Shown here one piece after another: positions 1 through 15,000 of a stretch of 64,000 bases of DNA. The stretch is from contig JAQGDQ010000554.1 in assembly GCA_030141605.1 (NCBI GenBank), positions 79,660 through 143,659 on the forward strand, read 5' to 3'. Source of the DNA: Tubiluchus corallicola. Its lineage: Eukaryota > Animalia > Priapulida. The translations under genes were made by a program, and so were the position numbers. Below the pieces are notes generated by a model that was given only the letters and a program-made list of their open reading frames with translations, did not search any database and was not told the origin of the DNA. Numbering within the stretch: the first letter of the stretch is position 1; each line of letters starts with the position of its first letter.

Positions 1-419
1 AGCAAGTCAAGCGAGCATACACAAGACAATCATTTAATTCAATTAAATCCTTCCAGTTCTTGGCTTTGTAGTGGGCTTTTGGAACTCATTTCTTTCTTAT
101 AACATAAATTGTTGTTTGGGTCACCCGAGGCGGGTAAATAAAATGGAATTAGTTTATAGTTTATACTTATTGTCATATTATTATTATTATTATTATTTTA
201 CGTTTATTTCAGTACATAAAAAGTACTATAGAATAATAAACAAAGCATAGTTAAAAATCACAATTAAAAAAATTACTGCAAGATAAATAAATATTTACAC
301 AAAGAACAGAGAATTAGTAAGCTAAAACATAAAATATAAAGCATACAAAAGTAAAACAAAATTAGTATTATTTACAAGCACAATAAAAATGGTATGGCAC
401 GTGAAGCAAAAAATGTAAA

Positions 420-1075
420 AATTGAGTCTGTAGCTTAGACATTTGTCTTTTGTTAATTGACCAATAAAATGAGTAAAATGTGAGCTAAATGAAAAGCAAC
501 ATATACAAGTAGTAATATAAAGCTAAAACGATAAATATAAAAATATCACAAATTACAATACAATATTATACTTAATCTAAAATCACAATTTAATAGAAAC
601 TAAGTAAAAACATTTTCATTTTAACTTTCATATGATGTCTAACATTTCTAACATTTCTTATGTTATATGGAATATTGTTCCTTTCAATGGCGACCATTAT
701 ATTTAATAAAATGTTTCAAAACATTTGTTTTGCACTTGGGAGCATGGAATTAGTATTCCAAAATAATCAGGATATTTAATGTTTGATGTAGCTATGCACA
801 CATGAGTGGAAAACTACGTCAAAAATTCTATAACAAAACGTTTATGCTATTACTAATGTATGTACACAGCTAAATAGTCCATCCCACATTAAAGTGATTT
901 GTAGTTCATAAGCTAACAAGTAAAGGTTCAGAAAACTCAAGTTTAGTTTGTTGAGTTGTTTTGTGACCTCGTTTACATTTTGTAATAGACGTCGAGCAGA
1001 CACATATTTACAATGCAAACATGTTTTGTATATGAGTTCATTGATTAAACACACCTCATTGTTAATCATAATGCC
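420..1075 (-). pseudogene. Heavily decayed LINE 3' fragment
   Basis: LGIMINNE-like and NNIPYNIRNV..KVKMK-like remnants of the CR1/L2 ORF2 tail. Confidence 0.4.
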
Positions 1076-2646
1076 TAGTCGCCGAAATAGAGTTTTGTGT
1101 ATCGCAACAGATTAATGACATATTGTCTTAAACATACGACGTAAAATGCTGAATCCATTTATAGATTTGAAAATTTGGAGCCTAAAAATTTGCCACACGT
1201 AGTCCTAAATAGTTCGTGCATATGCTTTATAAACGTCGTTACATAGTAATACATGTCGTAGTAATAGTAGTAGACAATTTATTCTGGCAACTATCAACAT
1301 AAAATGTTACACATACACCGAAATGTTGCACCGAAGAACAGAACATTTAACGTGATACAAGAGTTGTTGTAAATAATACGTTCAGAAAATACAAGAATCA
1401 TAGTGATGTTAAAAAACGGGCACTTATTCATTAATACACATAATAATTAAATAGTTTATTTTTAAGCTTAATTGGCTCAGGTAAACTTTCTTGGTCCTAC
1501 TTCTTTGCCGAATTTGATTCATGAAAATATTGGTGGCACCGCACTTGGCATTAAAAATCTACAGCAACGATCGTAATTTACACCTACTTATCACTCTCGA
1601 CTTTATATAGCCATGCAGAGAAATTACACCTCTACCTCCAGAGACAGCATAGCAGCAGAAAAACGATAAACTTCAAATGTAGACTTAAAAAATTCTCAAC
1701 TGCTGAGTAAGAGTTTTGCCACAAGCTGAGCGTCTTTGATCGATGAGCTACAAGAACTAAAAATTATTGAGGGCCTTCTGCAGCACTTTGTAGATATAAA
1801 CTTTTCAATTTTGAGAAACGGCTAGTCTACGATAGACGTTAACTTTTTACATTTATTCTTGTTTCTTATGTATGTATACTTTGATGAGTTGCCACACCCC
1901 CTCATGAACCGAAGTCAGGAATCTAACAAGAATCTGCAAGTTCTCCCAGTGTGTCCCTCGACGGAGTCGCGAGACCAAGCATTTCTGTTTTATGAGATCT
2001 ATTCAGAAACCAAAATCAAGAAATTTAAACTACTTGCCTCTACTTGCTTTAGACTCTAAAAAGCCTTGTTTGCCGCTGCAGTAAAAATTGGCAAAAAATG
2101 TGTAGGGGCTGAAATGATGAAGCCATACAACCGAGTCTTAATTTAATAAGTTAACTACCCGAGCAACAGAGACTCGGATGTTTTTCGGCTAAATTTTTTG
2201 CAAATTTCAGTAGTATGCTAGTTGTATTTATGTTTTTTTCCACATAAATTTCAATGTGATGGTAGAAGTTAGGAGATTTGTGATGGGTGAATTTCGGGAG
2301 TCTCCGGGCCAAATCAGGAGTGGTAGCAAACAGTAACAATTGAATAAGCCAATATAATGCGATGTTATACAGTACCATAGTTGCCTGTCAATGCTACTAG
2401 TAGAAAACGCTACTGAGCTAGACATTTATTTATTTATTGTGCACCTACTTTTATAATCTAGCTGTATAGCGAAATCAATACAGAAGTGGCCAGCTTTCTC
2501 TCGCGACTCGTCACTGTTGTAGATCTTATGGCATGCACACAAGACGGATGTTATCATCATCCATTATGTGTACGAACAAACGATCAGAGATAATGAATTG
2601 CTCTCACGAGCAAATTATTGCATATTCCTTAATTAATTGATGGATA

Positions 2647-3123
2647 TAGGGTGTTCCGAAGGAAATAGTACGCAACATTAGTCAAGAGAATATGGTTATT
2701 CCAAGTTATATAAGTTTATTGAGGAACAAAACAATGCCATATACAATACAATGTACATAAAGCATCATACATTACACAAAAAGCATCCCATCACATGGAT
2801 ATAATCGTCACACTGAAACAGTAGAGGTTAAACAATTCACATTTTTTGCATGTTTTTACAAAAATAATGTCATTACAATAATGCGCTATTGCTATCAGCA
2901 GAATATAATTTTCTGTAATTAAGCTTTTATTTTCCTTGTTTAAAAACAGTGTGTAACATAATTTGAAACTAAATTTGAAAGGTCAATAGAAAAATAGGAA
3001 TAATGACAACAATGTTATTACATGTACATATATTTCTATATAATGTTAGAATAGGTCAAAATGTAGAAATCCAGTTTGTTTTGTCGTAGTTGTCATATTT
3101 CCACTGTTTTTTGGAACGCCCTG
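2647..3123. mobile_element. Tc1/mariner-type MITE, degenerate
   Basis: TIRs TAGGGTGTTCCGAAGGAAATAGT vs ACTGTTTTTTGGAACGCCCTG, flanked by TA. Confidence 0.6.
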
Positions 3124-4371
3124 TATAGTAAGCTAGTCTTATTTCCAGGGTGTTTGTCTGTCACCAACCAGCATCGTGCATGTAATTACTAAACATTGCG
3201 ACATCAAAATTAAGATTTTTACATATAATAATTTATTATGAGGCATATCATAGTATAGTAGAGAGGGTAAACTGTGCAGTTTAAATTTAATTAACTTATT
3301 TTATATCAGTAGTCAATCAAGACGTTCCACTTGCATAATAATGTTTGTCTAATATAGAACGGGTCTAATAGGGTGTTTAAAATAGATCGTGCCGTACTTT
3401 ATTCATAGTATTACCAAAATGAAATTTTAGATGTTTATTGATGTGAGAAGTTGAGTCAGTTCCTTCATATCAATTAACTTGCGTTTTTAGACTAATGATT
3501 CGTTTGGCACAGCAAAATAACAACTACCGAAGAATTCGAAAACATTCTAGTCAGTGAAACTCATCACTTCTGAGAAAAAAGCTTCAAAATATTTTGTTGT
3601 TGAAACACGCTCGCGTTTGAATTAGTTTTCAAGAATCAAAAGCGTAAAGGGATTAGATATTAAGCTTCAGTTCTCATTTTGACTAATTGACTGTCAGGCT
3701 GTGGCGTGTGAGTCATTTAAATTAGTTTATGCTCACGACAAAACAATAAAAACCGTAATAGTTTATTTTATGTGAAAAACGACTCCGCATTAATTACAAC
3801 TGCTCAAGCATTTTGAGGCAATTAAAATTTCCAAGACCCACGACTAATTGGAAGTAACTCTTTGTTGCAGTGTTAAAATTGGATGTAAGTTTTAGCAGGC
3901 TAATGTGACGCTATTGTATCGAGTATGTTACCGAACGTCTCTTTCGACTGGAAATGGGGCTAATTAGTACTTTTATAGTGACAAGACACCGCACAATCAT
4001 AGTTATAGTCTATAGCTTTGATAGAAATACTTTTTTATAATAGATGGCGGATTGGCTCAACGCTGTAATACTGGTTGCGGTTCGAGCAATTTGCTAAACT
4101 AACAGAAATTACTAATAGAACGAAATTACCGCTGACTTGAGTTTTAATCGAGGAATAGTTAATTTTTTACCAGATTCAATCGCTCTTTCGATTTATTCAA
4201 CCCTAGATTCAATTTCGGTCATTACCGAATTTACGTCACACACAGTTACGTAAACCGACCCCGACCCGAGAAAGGGTCGATCAGAACTTCCAGTACGCTA
4301 CTTTATGTTACAACTTTAGAAGTACCTGTTTTAAAAGAAAAACATCAGTAGCTTTACCATTATGTGGGGAT

Positions 4372-4405
4372 GTGTGTGTGTGTGTGTGTGTGCGTGCGTG
4401 CGTGT
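4372..4405. repeat. (TG)n/(TGCG)n microsatellite
   Basis: Direct reading. Confidence 0.9.
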
Positions 4406-4565
4406 GCACGAGCGCGAGTGAAGGCGCATGCTTGTGTGTTGAGCTGGATTGCCTTTGTATTGAAACCAGGCTGTAGTGTAGTCTCGTTGCTGTAGTCTAA
4501 TCCCAATGATCGAGGACCAAAGATCATCTGAGAAGAAATATCATATTTTCTGAACAACCTGAGCA

Positions 4566-4635
4566 GAAGAGAGAGAAAGAGAGAGCGAGAGAGAGAGAGA
4601 AAGAAAGAGAGAGGGAGGGAGAGATATAGATAGAA
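4566..4635. repeat. (GA)n-rich tract
   Basis: Direct reading. Confidence 0.85.
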
Positions 4636-5446
4636 AGAAGACTAGGGTGATCATATGGCGTACGTATGCTACGTGATACACAGACTTGGAGTCAATGACT
4701 ACATTTTCAGCTATTTGATTGTGTAGCGTGGCTTTGAGTATTTTTCATTGCTTAGTCTAGTGCAACTTCAAATACAGACAAGACCACTCAGACAATAAGA
4801 GGTTTCTTTGTGCGCGGCACTGAATAAATATCTTCTTTGCCCGCTCTCTGAGAGGACGTTAATAAAGATTGTTATACAAAGCAGATAAGGGAAAGGATGT
4901 TGGCTATCAGAATGCTCGGTTTATGTTCATGTGTGTAAATTCACGAGTGTTTTTAGTATGTTTTTCATAAATTACCTCAGTCAGAACAGACGCCTCTGTT
5001 GTGGCATTAAGTGTTAATATGTCACAGGTCTGTTAGGTGTTTATACTAGTGTAATGGGCAGTGGGCAATAAAGCAGGCTGCTCACGCGCCTCGCAGTTTT
5101 AGTGGCTTCATTTTATGCCCTTGGTGCATCGTAGCTGTTGGCTTCCTGGTGCGAACACAAAGTCGACTGGCTTCGTATCTTGTATCCACCGTTCTTGAAA
5201 TAAAAACAACGCATTTGTGGAAGTGCATGGGCGCCCACTAAAAATCACTGGCGGAAAAGTTCCTTGTCCTATCATTATGCATTGCGAATCTGTATTGATC
5301 ATAAGCTCTGAATCTTCTTTTTTTTGGGTTTTGGGGCTGTCATACATATTCGTTTTAACCGTAAGCGATAGGGCAAGACCAATACAGGTTATTTTTGGGC
5401 TAAATTTACAGCTCTACACACACAAGAAATGAGTTCGTGAAACGGA

Positions 5447-5492
5447 TTAGGGTTACGGTTAGGCCGTTAGGGTTAGGTTTAGGGTCAGGGTA
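5447..5492 (+). repeat. Degenerate TTAGG(G) telomere-like repeats
   Basis: TTAGGGTTACGGTTAGGCCGTTAGGGTTAGGTTTAGGGTCAGGGT. Confidence 0.7.
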
Positions 5493-7739
5493 TTTAGACT
5501 GGGTTGGGAATTGTAAACTCCTTCCTATTTTTGCTATTTAACTATAGGGTACTTACAGCCATTTCTCATTGTACAGTCACATCAATTATTACGTGTAATA
5601 GCTGTAGAAGCTAACCTAAGCTAATGCATGCAACAGTCTAATCGATTGGAGGTAGTCGCTGATTAAACAAATAAGAGAAAATCGGCTGTATGATTTCTCT
5701 AGGCATTAGAAGCCACAAGAGAACGACTTTAGCATAGCCAATGCGAGACTCTCAAATTTAAAAAAAAATACTTTTATGCGAGCGATAGCTGTTTGATAGT
5801 ATGTGATTGGCTAGAGCAACTAGGTGGATGATATCGCTAGGAAAACTTGATTCTGGATGATTTTATCGTCAATACCCCCGACTATTAACTTTGTTTTGTT
5901 CAGGTTCAGAGTGCTGCCGCTTTACTAGCACTAGCTTATTTCAAACATATAACTAGCCTCTGGTTACACCACAACCGCAGGATTGGCAGGCTTTGCGTTG
6001 AATGTTGTATATATATATACACAATATATATATATATATATATATGGTCCGGAATGTGCTAAATTGTATAATACTATTGCCATTCCGGGTGTTTTGGTTA
6101 CTCTTGGGTGACGTACAAAAATATAAACAACGGCTGGCCAACGCACATCACTAAACGAACAGAAAGACATGATCATAGTTACCCTATTGACAACAATTAA
6201 TTATCATAATAATCATTATAATTTATACTAAAACCTTTTCGTTTCCCCTTTACTGGCGTTGAAAACTGACGTGCCTCTTGCTGAAAAGTATTTTTGTAAA
6301 AAAAAAAACTCGACTTGTGGTTTATGTCAACATCAGTGAAATCATAGTCCAATGTGTGCACGTCGAAATTTGTGGATGTAGGGCACACTCCACTCACGCT
6401 GTATATTGTAAACACCAGAAGAGAAGCCACTTAAATTTTAGGAGAAATTAAAGGGTTATTCTGAATGATGAGAGATGATTTTGTGCAACTAAGGCTGCGA
6501 ACGCTTCGTAATTAACACGCGAGCCATTTTTTGAAAAGATGAAAATAACTTCTCAGGTACTTTCTAAAGTCGTAACTCTTAACGACAGATGAAAACCATT
6601 GATGTGTAACTATGACATAATACCAATTATGGATGAAGAGAAAATTAAAACTTTCTCACCTAAAATGTTTCCTGCTCCAGTGAAGCTCATGTAAATAATT
6701 AATTAAGATCATCTGAATAATTATTACGCCCAAAATGCACTTAACTTTACACGTTAGAATGCAATTCTGTCCGCCATAGCCTCGAAAAAAGCTCTTGAAA
6801 ACCGCCTACGTTTTGGCATTTCTCTCTTTGTATCTCTCTTTTCCCTCTTCTGACTTCCCTCACTCACCTGTTGAATTTTACTCTGTTTTTCGGTCTCATT
6901 TTTTTCTCTTCTTCCTCTTTCTTTCTCTTCTGTTTGAGTGTTGGCTGTATTTATACAGCTTGCAACAGTCTTTGCTCACATTTGGCCTTTAATTGTTTTT
7001 CCAGCTTTATATTATTGCCACCTCTGTTAACTTGCATATTTCGCATTTCGACGTTGAAGTACATACTGCAAATTACCGAGTATACAACTTGCCTTGCCCT
7101 TTGCAACATTTTGCCACGCGGCCTCATGACTTTCGTTCCTGCCATACTTCTGCTCACATTGGTTGTTGCTTTGTCTTCTGTTGCCACATTGCTTAATTCA
7201 TGAATTTGTTTGCGCTAATTTAAATGGCAAACTGTATTTTATCTCCTGCCTCTTTGTGGTATACTAAATGTTGCAACTGAAGAAATATGTGATTATTAAA
7301 CGATAACCTAAACATGACAGAATTAATTCCGGGTGGCAGTGACTACTTGGATTCAAGAACTGGTAACAATTATTGTCATAGTACGCACATTTACATTGTT
7401 GGATTACTATTGTACATGCTTCTTGGTTAGCCTAGATCCCTAGAAGACTGTATGATTTGTTTGCTAACCCGTATCTATGAAATTATCTGTGAAATTAATA
7501 CTGTAGATATTAGTATGTAATATTACTAACATGGAAGTGACAAAGGAGGTTAAAAAAGAATATATATATTTTCTTAGTAAGTTTTTATTAACTAACACTG
7601 ATTGATCATCTTTGTAAAGTTTTTATCAGTGATTATCAATGTATTTCAATGGCAAATAAAGATTATTATATATATATATGCGTCAGTGCAATCTAAACTA
7701 CTGTGCAGTAATGGAAAGTAACGACGAATAAAATCAAAC

Positions 7740-8630
7740 ATATTTACAACTATGCACAAAAAAAAACTAAGATTCAATTAATATGGCCGTGGATATATGA
7801 ATTCTGAATTAGTGTGCATGTTGTCGTACTGGTGTGATGGTATTTCATATCTGGTTAATATTAGTGATTTTAATTTTGTTTTAAATGCTGATAGGGACTT
7901 GATTTGTTTAACCTGTAATGGTAGAGAATTCCAAAGTAGAATTGCTTGTTTGATTACAGAGTTCGTTCCGTAGTGGGTGTTTGTCCTAATTTGTTTTAGA
8001 TTGCTTGTTTTGGAATTAACGATAGGTTTGGAAAAAAGGTAAATCTGTTATTCTGGAATGGTTTGCTGATGTTGTTAATGTATTTAAATATAAAAAGCAG
8101 AGTAAAATATTCTTTGTGTGCTTCACTGATTGGGAAGTTTTTCTCAGGTTAGTTGTTGAAGCTTTGAATTTTTGTCTACCTGCCTTACGTTTGTATGAGT
8201 ATCCAGTTATCAATCTCAACGCATAGTTCTGAAGGAGATTTAATTTTAAGTAATTTCTCTTTTGGTTTTTTGAAGTAGCGTACATCCATATAAGAAGTGT
8301 GGTAGAACTAAAGTTTTATATATTAGTGCCTTAGTTTCCTTAGTTAGTTGCCCTTTAACTTGTCGGAGATATGATGTGCTAGATGCCATTTTTGTATATA
8401 TGTTATTAAAGCGTTCATCCCATGAAAGATTATTGTCTACCTGTATGCCCAGAAATTTAACATTATTAGTTTGTTTGATTACAGCATTATCTATTGTCAG
8501 AGTGGTTGATGATGCATCATTAGTATTTAATGAGGGTGACAGTATCATGAATTCTGTTTTGTCATGATTCATTTTTAGCTTGTAATGACTAAATGCCATG
8601 TTTATATTCTTTATATCTAAATATGGCATT
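7740..8630 (-). pseudogene. 5'-truncated CR1/L2-clade LINE: RT C-terminal fragment plus 3' UTR
   Basis: KTEFMIL, VKFLGIQVDNNLSW, IYKTLVLPHFLYG, LQNYALRLITGY, LWNSLP...SAFKTKLK across frameshifts. Confidence 0.88.
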
Positions 8631-10664
8631 TATAATTGTGTTATGTTGCAGGCAGAATTCTTTTCTTTTAGAAATATTTTGTTAATAAATTTTTTGTATT
8701 TAGGCAATAGATGATGATAATGAAAGATAGGCATTGATAGCTAATAATGTGGCTCACAGAAAAAACTTGTTACAGCGGTGCAGCGAAGAGTGCAGAATTC
8801 AATGATGCGTCCTTCGAAGCTTGCATGGCTGCGCACATGTTTTGTTTGAAACTTTCTCTGGATGTTACGTTTCGACAAAACTCTAAATTAACTTGATACA
8901 TTAAAGTAATAGTGCGGCTTGTGGCGATGAAATTCATGCGCAGTTACACAAAGTTTGTTGCCGTCTGTTTATTTTTAACTTGTCATTTATTTAGGGCACG
9001 TAAACAGACCAGTGACATACCAACGCTTAGACGCTATAACAATACTTTTATAAGTACATTTGCTGCTAATACATAGATAGCGGGGGTACCCCTCGTGACG
9101 GCGAAGTAGCTCTCCCTTTGTCTTTCCTCCTCCTTCATCTGAGTTGCCCGACAAAAGCGGCTCCCAAACACCTGCAGAAATTGCATTGAAATATACGCGA
9201 GAATTAAGGTCTAGAGGGTATTAACTATTATTATTATTATTATTGTTATTTTCTCCAGCCATACAAGGTTTCTGCAACTAAATTTTGCCTAGCAGTAGTA
9301 CAGTAGATCTGCGTATCCTGTTGAGAAATAATTTTTTACTGTGGTTGGCATTATCAATTAACGCATACGCACAAATTGAGAGCTGTGCTTAGCCAAACGA
9401 TCTACTAAATCGATGTGTGACCATTTAGAAACTGATTCTAAGCAGTTTTGTGCCATCTGTATCACCCAGCCCAGCTATATCACTCGGTGACAGAAAAATA
9501 GATACTTTTGAATTTGACTAAGAGTAAGATAACTCTGCTGATAGTTTGGTCATACCACATTGAAAGCAGCCAAAGTGTGACATGGTTGCAAAGAATGAAG
9601 TTTGTAATTGTACACTTTTTTGTTAGCAACCTGCAACAAATTAACTCAAGCTAGCTTGAGTTACTTGGGTATGTACATGTGTTATAAGTTTGTGAGTTTG
9701 GATGTAACGGGGACACTAAGTTACATGTAAAATTAATAATTTGTTGTTGAATCATAAAGCTCAGTTTGTAATGCTTTCCTAATGCATGGTTGAATTAAAT
9801 TTTTAAGTAACAAAAATGCAGTTAAATAATACTGAACAAAATAAATGGTCGTTAGTGATGTGCAAGTCAAATAATTTTTTCATGTTCCTCTTTATTTGTG
9901 TTATATCCAGAATGATTATTGGTGAAACTGCCTATAGTTCTTATTAAAACCCAGTAAAATGTGAAAACTTAACCAAATGTGTAGTAATCTTATCTTTATT
10001 AATGATGTTATTTGTATCGTATGCTACTATAGCATGCTAACTATTTAATCATTTGGACGGAACATGAGACACATGAATTGTTATAGTCTATAACAAAGGC
10101 CTGTACTGATGAGAAATAATGCAGCGCAAAATTTAATGTACTTTATTATAAATTTGACATATGCTACTATTAACCAGACACAATTCTATTAAACAAAAAC
10201 ACCCCTGTATACTTACTAGAAATTATCCAGATGTATACAATTTGGACGTAACACAATTGTGGACATATGAAATTGAAATGGCATAAAACAAGCCATCAGA
10301 CTGCAATACAATAAAAAGTTTAGTGCAAAATTACCTGAAAAGATTTTAGATTTATTTTTATATCACATACACTTTGCAGAATGCCACTGGCTGCATTTAC
10401 TATGAAATTATCACGTTAGTTATGTTCCAGTCCTACCATAACCTACAACCATAGTAAGTGCTGGCATTAGCTTTGAGTATACCTAACTGCATGTTTAAGT
10501 TTATTATTCAGTGATGTCTTTTGCAAGCTCACAGTTACAGGTGGTTACACTTATTCCCCTGTATGAAATAATACTCTTTTAATTTCCAATGTGAGTGTGG
10601 TCCTACTCAATTTTTTAATTTGCTTGTGGGTTTTTAGATTTAAACACGAAATCATGTTTTAGGT

Positions 10665-11146
10665 CAGGGGTGTGCAAATTGCGGCCCGCCGATAGAATTT
10701 GTACGGCCCGCGAAAAGATTTGTCAACCTAATGAAAGTGCGGCCCGGGCGATTAATTGAGCGTATCCAGCTGAAGTCTGTGCCACGATCTCAAAGATAGT
10801 GCGGGTAGTTTTTTCTACTAGATCGGATGCCATTAACCCTGACTAGACGGTTGTAGCTTAATGTCACTGTACTACACAGACTGTGTGATACACATTACTA
10901 ATATGCATTGTAATGAAATTACCACTATCTGTCCTGAAAGTAGAAATATATGGTTTGTAATATAAATTTTAATAACTTGTAAAATAGCTTCTCGAGTGTA
11001 GTAGTAATGATGTACGCAGGTCGGATGCAAAAAAATCGTTATTAGGCCTTTCTGTACTTGGCTCCTTGATTTTGCTGCCTGTGGCCCGCAGGAATTCCGG
11101 GAAAGTTTAATGTGGCCCTGCTAGTCAGATAATTTGCACACCCCTG
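10665..11146. mobile_element. hAT (Charlie-like) MITE, 482 bp
   Basis: Perfect 16-bp TIRs CAGGGGTGTGCAAATT / AATTTGCACACCCCTG; perfect 8-bp TSD TTTTAGGT (10657-10664, 11147-11154); internal GGCCCG repeats. Confidence 0.93.
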
Positions 11147-11957
11147 TTTTAGGTAAATGCAGGTAAATGATTGCAATTGCAGTTGATGATTATTGATTAC
11201 GTTTTCAATTTCGCCGAAGCTTAGACTGTTTTCACGATTGTGGTGAAACGATCGTAAATGATTTTATAAGGCCTGAAATTATAGAAATTTGAAAGGATAA
11301 TTGTGTAAAGAAAACTTATCAACCCACAAACAATACCAGCCTTATACATATAGATCATTATATGCAAACATAATAATGCTAAAAAAGCAGGAGCACCGCA
11401 GTTGCATCTGGGCTGATGTTTCAGCTTGTTACTTTAACTTACTTGATAGATTGCGAAATTATACTCATATTATCGATCTGGTTGGGTTGGATCATCCTGC
11501 TTTATTTTGCTCATCGAAGGTCAGATGCTACATTAGGCCTGTTTTATTGCTACTTCTATAGAAGATACTTTTTGGATTTCGTATCACTTATTTCTAAATG
11601 CTGACCGTCTGTCCTTATTGCTCGCTTTCTTTTGCTTCTCTTGATCACCTTCGACATTCGTAAATACAGAGCAGCTGCTTATTTATCCAGTTTTTTTCCT
11701 GTGACGTCTTAACTGCAACCTTACTCGATAGAATTCTATTTCTCTGGACCTGTATTCTGATTTTCGTCTTCTTACTGTGAGTGGTCATTGGCTTTGTTTG
11801 GGGCAATTTGCCTAAAAAGTCTCAACCAAATGCTTGCAAAACAGTGAAAACATTGACCCACTCTACCTATTTAAATTATGTATGTGCACTGTATTATTGT
11901 TTACATACAATAGTGTCTCATTTATCTATATTTTGCAGCTGTTGTGGCTGACCAGTC

Positions 11958-12088
11958 ATGATGGATGAGATTGAGGGTAGAAGCACGACCTCGTATCGAC
12001 GTTATCGCACCAAATTGCGCCAAGAAGGACGTTCTGCATCCGAGGAGCAAGAAGACTGTGATTCTAAAGTTGCATCTGTAATTGACAG
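11958..12088 (+). CDS. SARM1: SARM1 probable first coding exon ([24 protein letters not shown]...)
   Basis: Acceptor ttttgcag ending 11938, ATG ATG at 11958, open frame to AG|gtctgt; phase 2 matches the exon 2 acceptor at 14691. Confidence 0.65.
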
Positions 12089-15000
12089 GTCTGTAAAGTA
12101 ATTTACTGCATGGACAAATTAGATTAGGGTTGTGCGGTCTTTACAGGGTGACACGGAATGCCGCCTTTTACCATAAGTTTTGCTTTCCCTTTAGACTTTG
12201 ATTTGTTAATACGGTATGTTGCATTTGCAGTATTATCCCCTATATTTGCTTACTTTTGGTTCTTACTAGGTTGTTAGTGTTCTTCTGATTTGGAATTTTT
12301 CATGTGGGTATCCTGCATGACTAGAACTACACTAAATATTTGAAAGTTGTGTAATCCATTCAAATTTTTAATTTTTTTAAACCTAATTCAGATCTTGCAA
12401 TTGGTCCAACGCATTTGTTTCTTTTTTAACAGTGGTTGAAATTTATTCTTGTTTGTAAAGCCAATGCTTGCATGTGGTCTTAATGGATTACATATGAAAT
12501 GTGTCATCTTAAAAGAAGCTTAAACCACAAAATTATTACAACGACTGTCAACCTTTGGTACATTCCATTACATTTAATGACACTGTCAATGTCCAAACAA
12601 TTTTCTTAAAATGATAGTTACTAATGATCTACTTTAAATAAGTATATTTAAAACATGTTTTTTAAACAAAGGAAAGACTATAGACTATAATTCACTCAAA
12701 TTTGGCATTTTTATTCAAATATTTATTTATTTCAAAGAGTAAAAATTATGATCTTTCTATCTTTGTATGCCAAGATTCAAATATTCAAAAGCAGCAATTA
12801 GTCACTAATTCATCATGGTGCTGTTCTTAATTGCTATTTTATATAATTTTTTGTGCTTGTAAAGTAAACTGTTTTAAATGTAACGACAATAGATGATACA
12901 ATCATGTGTTATCACTTTAATTATTGAAAGCCCATAATTGAATTCATCTATTGTCCAATTTTGTACTTTGGCAATTATTTTCTGTTTCATTTCTGTGTAT
13001 GCCTTTTAGTAGTAAAGAATTTTGGATGGCACAATCAATCATTCACAAAACCAATGGAATACAGAAAAGAATATCACTATTCCATCGTTTATGTGCAATA
13101 TGCGTATGTGTGTGCTTGTGCGATTGTGTTCTTTTAAATAACTTTATTTTAATTTTATAAGAAGTCTAACAACCCGTTTTGCACATACATTTGCTTTTAG
13201 ATATTAACCATGGTTTTTATTGAAAAATTAACATTTTCATTTGCATTTTGCTTTCACATTGCAGACGGAAATAGCGTTTGTGAAGCTGAGTTCTTTTGAT
13301 CAGGTATATTACCGCGCTATTTTGTGCTTTTTTGTTTCTTACCCTCATGCTTGTGCACCTTCATTACTGCTATGCTTTTGCTCTATAAATTTAGTGCAGA
13401 GGAAAATAGGAAAGAGTAACAGAAATATTGATAGCTAAAAGATCTGGTAATGATATATGTACTTTCTTATAATCTGTGACCACCTGGAATAACAAATCAT
13501 CATTGTGTCTGTTTTTTTAGTTATACTATACTATAGTTATACTGTAATTTTACTTAATTATCGATATCATGTCTGTGCTTATGCTGGATTTTTATCACTT
13601 ATATAATGATTTAGATTTACTTTTTCTAGAACACTTCTGTACCCTGTGCAACCACTATATTTAGCTAAAATTTAATAGATTCCGCTATAGAACAGCTAGA
13701 TAATATCAGATTTACTTTTTAAAATGCTTATAATAATAATATATCTGGTTTTGCGAAAGCGGTTTGCAATCATTTTTTTCGATGAAATTTTCAAACGTGA
13801 CTTTCTTGCATACTTATGTGCATCTATAGTAATACGCATGTTAATGCCGATTGCCAGGACAATAACTTGTGTTGTGCAGCACTAATTTAGGTAACTAATG
13901 ACTGTTTGTTGCGAATTAGCTATTTATTTTATTTAGATTTGGATTTATTTATAAATCTAATATTGACATTATCCAAATCGTAACACATAGCTTAGCTGCA
14001 TTGATAGATGTCCGCAAGACTGGCTAGACTGTGATACTTATCCATAATGCTGCAATGGTAAAAGACGAATTTTTAATTCAGCCTAGTTTGTTGTACATAT
14101 TTGAGAACATTCAACTGGTGTTTTCTAACTTTTTATTCATATATTTTGTATTATATGTATATTTAGTTGCACTAGATATTGCACTAGTTTTATGTGGTAT
14201 TATTGACAATCATAACTAGGTAACTGCACTGTATCTGAAGGTGTGAAACTTCCTGTAAAACTATATTAAAAAAAAATTTCATGTGATGTCCATTTTCTGC
14301 CTCTTGATTTAATTTATTTAAATCTGAAAGTATATTGATTTATTATAATATATTCATTGTATATTTATTTCTATTTATTTTTTGATTTAATATATATATA
14401 TATATATATATATACATACTATAGTGATAAATTTTTGTAAATGATGTGCAATTTATTTCTGTTTAATATAGCAGGTTTTCAAAGCACGGTCTCATGAATA
14501 TTTGTATGCAAGAGTTGAAGAGTTACAGATAAATGTGCTATACATTTTTAATTGAAAAGGTTGCTTATATTTTATGTCTATCATGCTATTGTCTTTACAT
14601 ATCATTACATCAGGCAGTTGTTTGTGCGTTAATTTATACAGAATAGTTCAATAATACTTTCAATTCACTATTGTGAATGTGGTTTTCCAGAGACCAGCGT
14701 GAACGGAGTTCGTCGCTTGAAGAGTTTGTGGAGTCACCTGGTGGCACAATCCTAAGTGGAGGTAGAAAGCCCAAGGTTTCCAAATCATTTACTCATGGAG
14801 GGGGTAAGGTGAACATTAGTATAATGCGTTGCAGTACATCTGAGCATTCCGTTGCTCATTCTGGAGGAAATAAACTCAGACTGGATTTCTCACGGCTAGG
14901 ATCAATGAATGACACAAGCAGCATGGATTCATCGAGCTCCATAGTAAGTGGCAGTGGAAGTAGTGGCAACAGCCCACAGCTGCACGTCGTGAAAAGCACT

